From positions 3,162,001 through 3,226,000 of the forward strand of contig OX597836.1 in the NCBI GenBank assembly GCA_951406725.2: DNA of 64,000 nucleotides, given 5' to 3'. This stretch comes from Octopus vulgaris. Its lineage: Eukaryota. This document shows positions 56,037-64,000 of the stretch, one piece after another (the first letter of the stretch is position 1; every line of letters begins with the position of its first letter). The position numbers were made by a program, and so were the translations under genes. The notes under the pieces were generated by a model. The model did no database searches and was not told where the DNA came from. It saw nothing but the letters and a program-made list of their open reading frames with translations.

Positions 56037-56402
56037 CACACATAAATGTGTCCCTGTATATGTATGTATGTCTGCCTGCCCTTCTATATGCACACGTCTT
56101 CCTGCAAGAACTTTTAGTAATGTTATCTTGTTATATAGAATTCGATATTAGAATTTTTTTTTAAATGCATCAGAGAATAAATTCGATAAATTAGGAAATG
56201 TGTCCATTTCTAGGAATGTGTGTATGCGGGTGAATGCGTGTCTGAGTGCGCGTCTGCGTAACGTGTATCCACACAAGAATGCGTGAACGCTAAGATACCA
56301 AAATGCTTGTAGTAACATCATTCGAAAACTTTCTCAGTCACTTCCGACCAGTTGCTTGCTTTCCCACTCATCTCTGCATTCCTCTCTCTCCATCTCTTCC
56401 CC

Positions 56403-56444
<42 letters not shown>

Positions 56445-56709
56445 GTATATGTATGCATAATTACATACGTCGATGCATACACGCACGCATAATATATATA
56501 ATGAATGCATCTATACGCTGTATAAAATCAAAAAGGAAAAATTCCATTGTCTCTCTTTGTGACTGAAGACAGAGGTTAGCGCTTACATTGCTAGAAATGA
56601 GAGTTAAATACCCTTCAAACCTTATTTCTACAAATGTAGGTGCCACTCTGCCCCGTCAGTCAGTCTTAGTGACAATCGAATTATATATATATATATACAC
56701 ACACATACA

Positions 56710-56850
56710 TACATTTGACAGATATTTGTCCTCATCTTGTTTGTTGTTAACGCAACGCTTCGTCTGATATACTCTCCAGGCCTCATCAGGTATCTTGGGG
56801 AAATTTCGAACCTGGGTTCTCATTTCTAAGGCATTTTTCGTTATTGTCGT
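56710..56850 (-). mobile_element. PLE pLTR-like fragment with a degenerate hammerhead
   Basis: Minus strand 56748-56794 reads GATAC-CTGATGA-GGCCTG(GAGAGTATAT)CAGAC-GAAG-CGT-T-GCGTT; GAAA is mutated to GAAG. Confidence 0.55.
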
Positions 56851-56856
56851 TGTAAC

Positions 56857-56887
<31 letters not shown>

Positions 56888-57361
56888 CCTACCCCTAACA
56901 AACCCGGCCTTAGATATACAAGGATTTGATAAAACTAGTCTATAAATAAAAACTGACCCCATATACAAGTGACAAGCAAAATCTTTAACAAGTCTATTCT
57001 TCCTGATAACTTAGTAGCTTCTAAGTGGAAGGATGAGCAACAATGTTCTTTGTTTATCTCCTTGCTTTTTGGAGATTTTAGGCAAAAATATAATAATGTG
57101 TCCATCTGTTTTCATTTTATTATAGTCTGTGTCTTTGTGCAGCTGAGGATTGCTCTGCATTTAAATTGATGTAATGGTTGCATTATTCACTTAAATGGAG
57201 TCGTGTGAAACAATCGTACTGCATTACCTCTGAATATCCTTGTTACATATTTTGATTCTAATCACCTTATTTTGAAATAAGTGTGTGTGTGTGTGTGTAT
57301 ATATACATATATACACACACACACACTTTTGTTTGTAGTTATTGTTTGTTTTTGTTCGGCC

Positions 57362-57580
57362 TAAAGCGGTGATGTGGCCAAATCGTTACCGCCCCGGGCA
57401 AAGTATTTAATGGCATTTCGTCTGTCTTTACGTTGTGAGTTCAAGTTTTGTCGCAGTCAAATTTAGCCTTTCATACTTACGGTGTCGCTATAATAAGGAC
57501 CAGTTAAATACTAGGGGCTGAATAAATCAATAAGCCCCGTCCTCTAAATTGTTGGCCTTGTGCTCAGAATTGAAACCGGT
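57362..57580 (+). mobile_element. SINE family B, degenerate
   Basis: AAAGCGGTGATGTGGCCAAATCGTTA...GAGTTCAAG...GCCTTTCATAC...GGCCTTGTGCTCAGAATTGAAACC. Confidence 0.8.
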
Positions 57581-59334
57581 ATTTTATTTGTTTGGCTTTC
57601 TTTTTTTCTTGTTTACTTTATTTCACTTCATGAACAACTACTGCCGCTACTCTCTGTACTTCCGTTGCTGCTGATGCTACTCAAATTATTCTGGCTCTTA
57701 TTGATTAATTAATTAATTAATTACCCCACTTAAATCCATTCTAAACATCGCAAGTCATTTACCTAAATCTGATAATATGACACTTCCGTCTTCTCCGTTA
57801 TTTTATTAGTTATGTAATTATTGCTCATTTTCCCCCTCTCCTTTTAGTCTTTTTGTGTGTGTGTGAGTGAATGTACGATCGAAACTCGGGATTTTTCAAA
57901 CAAAACCTGATAAGGGTTGAACGTTTGCGCGTCCTTTCAGAGTATTTTCTTTTCCCTTGTTTTCCATTTGTTGCTTTGTCTTCTTCCTGTGCCCTAACGC
58001 TGCACACATTTTTCCATCTCCCTACTCACTGGTGGCTTCCATTTCGAGCGACAACTTTCCTCTACCTCTGTACTTGCAATAGTGAGATAAGGAATATCCT
58101 TACCTCCCTAATGCATTTTCCCTCTCACTTAACCATTCCTGTATCGTTATCCTTTTTTTGCCAATCCTTCATTCTTTATTTCTTGCCTTTCTAACCGTCT
58201 ATCATTTTATCTCTGCATTTCTCTCTCTCTCTCTCTCTCCCTAATTATTGCGTCTCTCTGTTTCTTTTGTTTCGCTTTATATTTCCCTTTCTGTCAACCC
58301 TCTCATTTAACAACTCCTTATCTACCCCCCCCCCACTTTCCTTTCACCAAATTCCCTCTTTCTTCGCATCTGCTTGCTTCTTACCTTCTATCTACTCATT
58401 TTTCCGTTCATCCAATCCTACTCTTTCTTGTACATGAAAGAATTTATTCACACAGACAAACATACATAAGTGACCCAACAACATACATGTATTTGTGGAT
58501 ATATATTCATATACACACTTATGTATTTGTGTGTACACACATATGTGTGTGTGTGTGTGTGTATACATATGTAGTACACTTGTATACACGCATGCATATA
58601 CAGGTACACACGCACAGAACGTGCACACAAATACACAGTTAGATAGACCGACAGATAGATAGAGAGGCACATACACGCACACATCTTGAGGTACATATAT
58701 CCACCAGCTATATATTATTACTAGTGATAAAGAACACGTTCGGATCTTTCATATTGTCACAATGACCATCCTAAAGTACAGCATCTCTTTCACATGAAGA
58801 ATATTGCAGAAAAATAAAATGAAGCAAATAACAATACCTAATTTACCTCTCGTATACATATAAATATATATTTTTATATCTTGTATATATATAACAGTCA
58901 ATGAAATGAACCATTTGTTCTCAGTGCTGTGGAAATGGCCTCGGTGTATTTTGCCAAAATGTCAGATTTTCTTATTAAATCTACCCAATTCACGAGGCTA
59001 TTTTTGCAATTTGTTGTCTCCTTCTTCTTTTGAAGTCTTTCAGAATCTTACTTGTTTTCTTATGATTCCGATATTACGCATCTTATGGTCATATCCAGTT
59101 CGATTCTATTATCATCGATTTCATGTTTGACAATATCAGTTCATTTCCATTGTTATTGGAAATATTTCGATATTTTATAGTTCTTGCCACGATTTTTCCA
59201 AACATAATGAGTTCCTGATGACATCAAGCTGTTCTTGGGTTGCTTCTTTATTTGTTTTATATCGTTATTATCGTGGATTCTTGCTTCGCTGATTACAGGC
59301 TTCAGCAGAAGAAGAGAAGAAGAGGAGAGAAAAG

Positions 59335-59510
59335 AAATTCTTCTAGCTGCTCGTCCATGATACCCAAGCTTATGCAGATATGTAATACATGTTCTTAGAC
59401 TAACTTCTAGCTGTTTTGTAATGTCAGAAGCCTTCGAACGTGTTTCGTTTTCCACAATTCTCTTCAAACAGCGAAGATTCCTTTCCGAGGGCCCATTTCG
59501 GCCAGTCATC
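59335..59510 (-). mobile_element. Tc1 transposase fragment (DNA-binding region)
   Basis: SERNLRCLKRIVENETRSKASDITKQLEVSLRTCITYLHKLGYHGRAARR; nearly identical over about 50 bp to 63682-63732. Confidence 0.85.
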
Positions 59511-59689
59511 TCCTCATCTGCCCTGACCATGCAGCATGTGGTTCACAAATATGAGCTGTCATCCCAACTCGGTACGCAGAGTCTAATTCGGAAAAATCTG
59601 TCAACATGGCGCTCCCAAATCACACAAGTCTGACGGGAAAATTGCATCAATCATAATTGCTCCCAAACCTAAATCCAGTTGTAATAACT

Positions 59690-60547
59690 CAGTTGTTTAC
59701 TTGTTTAAGTTTATTATTTATCCTTTCTATTCTAATCACAATGCCTGACATTTGGAGGAGTTGGAAAGACGAATACATCGACCCCCCCCCCTCCAGCGTT
59801 TCAGCGACCTTGAAATGATGAAAGGCAAAGTCAACTTCGGCAAAATTTGAACTCAAAACGTAGAATTGGACGAAATGCCAATTAGCCCCCTTTTTTTCCA
59901 GCATGTTAACGATTCTTCCAGTTCGACACATTTCAATTATTGCTAAAATCAGTTCCAAATTTTGTCACAAAGCCAGCAATTTCTGTGATGGGAGAATTCT
60001 ATTACATCGACTCCAATGCTCATCTGGTACTTATTTCATCGATCCCGAGAGGATGAAAAGCAAAGTCGACTTCGGCGGAATTTAAACTCAGAACGTAATG
60101 TGAGAGGAAACACTGCCAAGCATTTCGCCCGGCGTGATAATGTTTCTGTCAGCTCGCCGCTAGACACAAGGCCCGAAATTTTAGGGGAGAGGACCAGTCG
60201 ATTCGAGCGATCTCAGTAAGCAACTGGTATTTAATTTATCTACCCCGAAAGAATGAAAGGCAAAGTCGACCTCGGCGGAATTTGAACTCAGAACGTAACG
60301 GCAGACGAAATACCTATTTCTTTACTACCCACAAGGGGCTACATACAGATAGGACAAGCAAGGACAGACACACGGATTAAGTCGATTATATCGACCCCAG
60401 TGCGTAAATGGTACTTATTTAATCGACCCCGAAAGGATGAAAGACAAAGTCGACCTCGGCGGAATTTGAGCTCAGAACGTAGCGTCATACGAAATATCGC
60501 TAAGCATTTCGCCCGAACTGCTAACGTTTCTGCCAGCTCGCCGTCTT
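59690..60547 (-). mobile_element. Cluster of SINE family B copies ending in a 184-bp-period dimer
   Basis: Four AAAGTC(A/G)AC..CGG..AATTT cores; dimer cores at 60279 and 60463. Confidence 0.9.
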
Positions 60548-61129
60548 ATAATAGTAATATTATTAAAGATGAAAACAGATACAGTGAGACCCAGTTCTGT
60601 TGCTGGAACTTCATTTGTCAATCTGAAAGCTTCTCTTCGTTATTGCTTTGGTACTTTTAATTAGACATTGGGATATATTTTTATTCCTGGTAGCTATATC
60701 AAGGTAATTATGTAGGCTCTTGACATAAATGATCCTCTTGATGTGACGGATCTGTTGTCTGCGAATGTAATCCGATTATTCACCCACCCACCCCCCGCCA
60801 CTATTTTAAATCCAGATTTAACACCACAAACATATTACCTGTCCGAAAGATGACAGGCCAATCTATTTTCAAAACCACAAACCGATTCAATCATAAACAA
60901 TAAAACCCTAATTAGCACCATAAAGATGTAATATGCAATATCACTTTGCTATAGACATACACAGCTTACAATCTAGACATACATTATACGGAACAGAAAA
61001 CGGAAACGCTCATTTGCATACACAGAAATTCTGACCACGCCTACCATTTTGAGGACCTCATCAATTTAGGATATCTTTCTTTTACTGATGGCTGATGCCA
61101 TACTGGAGCACCTCATTTCAGTGTGTTTT

Positions 61130-61475
61130 GGGATTATTTTCTGTAGTGCTTTCGGTGGAGTAGCGAGGTAGATGGTGCTGCTCTCTTTTGCGCAGCCTGC
61201 CGCGAGATGGGCTTCTTTGGTATTTCAGAAAAAAATTGTCCTGGCGCAAATCTATGAAGTTGTTTGGCTGAATGTTGAATGGTTGTAGTCCTTTGAAACC
61301 CGAGTTTTTCACAGTACTAGATCTTTATCCTAAGATGAAAAAGGCGGGATATTTGGTATTGTGCAGTGCTGTCCAGTTTAGTGGGCGTCATAGATTTTTT
61401 TTCCAAAGTTGTGAGCTACACATTTCATCATCTTCCATATATATATCATTCACACCTTCCCTCTTTCGGAACCTC
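61130..61475 (-). mobile_element. CR1/L2-group LINE, 3' coding relic
   Basis: The minus strand gives MIYIWKMMKCVAHNFG, TGQHCTIP, GFKGLQPFNIQP and QKRAAPSTSLLH. These resemble the IYIWKI..GLVPN..GPQLFNILP..RAAxSNSL C-terminus of CR1-type ORF2. Confidence 0.65.
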
Positions 61476-61889
61476 AGAACCTTCTCCGCCTCCTGTACGT
61501 CATCTGTTCCACTGAGTTAATCTACTTTGTGTAGTGCAGCCCGGTTACCTCAAGATCCTCCATCAGACTGAGGCTCTACGGTGACCATAGCTGGGAAGGG
61601 GAAGGAGATATATTCATTCTTTGTGGTTTTGCGTAATTCCTTTCATCTTTTCGATGACGATGAAATAATTTCTAATACAGGTGAAACTTCTTTGTTTTTA
61701 CTCTTCTTACTCTCCTCATAACATTCTCTTTCTTTCTCACAGCGATAGAAATGGAAGGTGTCGCGTCAGCTCCAGGCACTTTAAAGTTTTGAGGCTACAA
61801 CATCTATCTTCATTCACTCTACATCCCAGCTCAATTGTTACGGAAATTGAAGGATAGGTATGTGAAAAAGTATCACAGCAATGTTTTAC

Positions 61890-61961
<72 letters not shown>

Positions 61962-62078
61962 GTAAACGTAATATGTGACAGATAATTACATAAATTCCTC
62001 TATTTACATAATATCGAGGTGTCTTTCTTTCTTTTGTTATCTTACCATTTTTATCAATATATATATATACACACACAT

Positions 62079-62289
62079 ATCGCTAACAATAGAACTCAAA
62101 AATACTTTTGTGACCATGGTCACAAAATAAATGGGAGGTAAAAATTCCAGTGAACACCAAAATCGTCTTACCTCGGCGAAGTTCAGCAAAATTAATTTTT
62201 GTTCACTGGAAAGTTTTCCTCCCATGCCTGTATTTATTTTGTCACTATTCCGTACAACAGAAGTATTTTTGACTTCTATTTTTAGCGAT
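62079..62289. repeat. Foldback element (imperfect ~80-bp inverted arms)
   Basis: ATCGCTAACAATAGAACTCAAAAATACTT...GGGAGGTAAAATTCCAGTGAACA versus TGTTCACTGGAAAGTTTTCCTCCC...AAGTATTTTTGACTTCTATTTTTAGCGAT. Confidence 0.8.
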
Positions 62290-62894
62290 GCAGATACTCA
62301 TACATATAGACGCACATACACATTTTTTATATATATATATATATAGGTTAATCAGTAGGAGGTATCAAGGCGGAAACCTATTATTTGGAACCCCTCTGAC
62401 GAAATTTCCTCATACTTCCTCTGTCACTCTTAAGATATATATATATATATATATACACACATTCACCACACATATACATACGCATGTACACACTCATCTA
62501 TATTCTTCTATTTGTACGTGGTTGTGTGTAAGTAGTTCTATATAATCATATCGGGGCAAATATTTATGTCAGTGTCAAAACGTTATATAACCCTAACGGC
62601 ATAGCCAAATATTTCCAACATCAAAGATTAACGCATGCGCGATCTCAGTTTTCTTTAATGCTCTTTTGGACATATTCATTCATACAGTTCTTCATGCGTG
62701 AGTTTCTAAATACAAATCAGAATGTAAAGTTAAATTTATGTATATATAAATGTCGGTGTATATATATATATATACGCAAACCTATATTCGTTATTACAGA
62801 AATTACACTAACCGGTTTCTTTAAGAATGAGACAGACAAACACACACATATACATGCATATGTATATACATTCCTGTACATGAATATGTATGTA

Positions 62895-62928
<34 letters not shown>

Positions 62929-62937
62929 TGGGGATTC

Positions 62938-63275
62938 TTTTCTTTTATCTTTTACTTGCTTCAGCCATTTGGCTGCGGCCATGCTAGATCACCATCCTTA
63001 GTCGAACAATTCGACCCCAGGACTTATTCTTTGTAAGCCTAGTACTTATTCTATCGGTTTCTTACGTAGAATCGCTATGTTACGTGTCAAGCAGTGGCGC
63101 ACAAACAGGGAGACAAATACACACACATATAGATATATTACACGACAGACTTCTTTCGGTTTTCCGCCTACCAAATCCACTCACAAGGCTTTTGCTCGTT
63201 CTGAGACTATTGTAGAAGACACTTGCCTAAAGTGCTATGCAGTGAGGCTGAACCCAACACTATGTGGTTGAGAAG
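62938..63275 (-). mobile_element. SINE family A, degenerate
   Basis: CTTTTACTTGCTTCAGCCATTTGGCTGCGGCCATGCT...CCAAATCCACTCACAAGGCTTT...GCTGAACCC. Confidence 0.88.
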
Positions 63276-63312
63276 CATATAGATATATACATGCATAAGA
63301 CTCACACACACA

Positions 63313-63349
<37 letters not shown>

Positions 63350-63359
63350 CACACAGACA

Positions 63360-64000
63360 TGCAGGAAGTAAATAGACACCTTTAATTTTCAAAATCTAAG
63401 CATCTTAATGTTTTCAGCGGTGTAGAATTTACAACGTAATTATTATTCTTTTTCATTCCAGGTACCATTATAATAAACATTTGCTAAGAGTAACCATGTC
63501 ACGCTCAAACAAAAGTCAGCAGAACTGTCAGATTTTCAAAGAGTTCGTATTGTTGGCCACACTGCGGCTGGTTTTAGCCAGCGAAAAATTGCCGAAAATC
63601 TACAGTGCAATTCAAAGGCCAAGGAAAATGAATCAAGATTCTCGTCCTGGCCGACCTGGGCCCGCGGAAAGGAAGCTTCACTGTTTCAAGAGAATTGTGG
63701 AAAACGAAACACGTTCGAAGGCTTCTGACATTGCTGCACTAGTTTGGGTATTATGGACGAGCAGCTAGAAAACCCCTCCTTCAACCAATTAATAGCACGA
63801 AAAGGAATAAATGGGCTAAGATGTCAGAAAAATACTTCCGGTGTATTCACACGATAAGATAACGAAAGATGAGTTTATCTTCGTGGAAGATGGGGCTCCA
63901 TGCAACACAGTGAAAAGGAATCAATAATGGCTGACTGAAAATGGGCTCAAAAAGCTTCCTTGGCCGAGCCAATCTCCTGACTTGAACCCAATTGAAAATC
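63360..64000 (+). mobile_element. Tc1 (DD34E) transposase pseudogene running off the window end
   Basis: 63868-63999 translates DEFIFVEDGAPCNTVKRNQ*WLTENGLKKLPWPSQSPDLNPIEN, with 34 residues between D and E and one in-frame stop. An N-terminal GRP/HTH piece lies in ORF 63481-63768. Confidence 0.92.

Noticed and set aside
61872-61980. Short inverted similarity flanking a (TA)n array
   Set aside because: Only about 10 well-paired bases beyond the self-complementary TA run; too weak to call an element.

Overview
AT-rich, repeat-saturated eukaryotic DNA with no convincing host protein-coding exon, most likely intronic or intergenic. The SINE families and the extreme (TA)n content point to an octopus/coleoid cephalopod genome; this is recognition from memory, not a database result. 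Nearly all ORFs in the supplied track are microsatellite artefacts ([12 protein letters not shown]). Recognisable content: about 10 copies of a tRNA-derived CORE-like SINE; about 10 loci of a second SINE, often as fixed-period concatemers; a third SINE; an internally deleted Helitron carrying a decayed Pif1-type helicase; a second Helitron-like element; Tc1 (DD34E) and maT/DD37D-like transposase relics; piggyBac- and hAT-type MITEs; and Dong/R4, CR1-like and L1/Tx1-like LINE relics. The most notable signal is a set of short non-coding elements carrying minimal type-I hammerhead ribozyme motifs of the Penelope-like (PLE) kind. Three of them are long foldbacks that place a hammerhead on each strand, and two of those are copies of one family with the same architecture inside (TA)n arrays. 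Coordinates were read by eye and may be off by a few bases.
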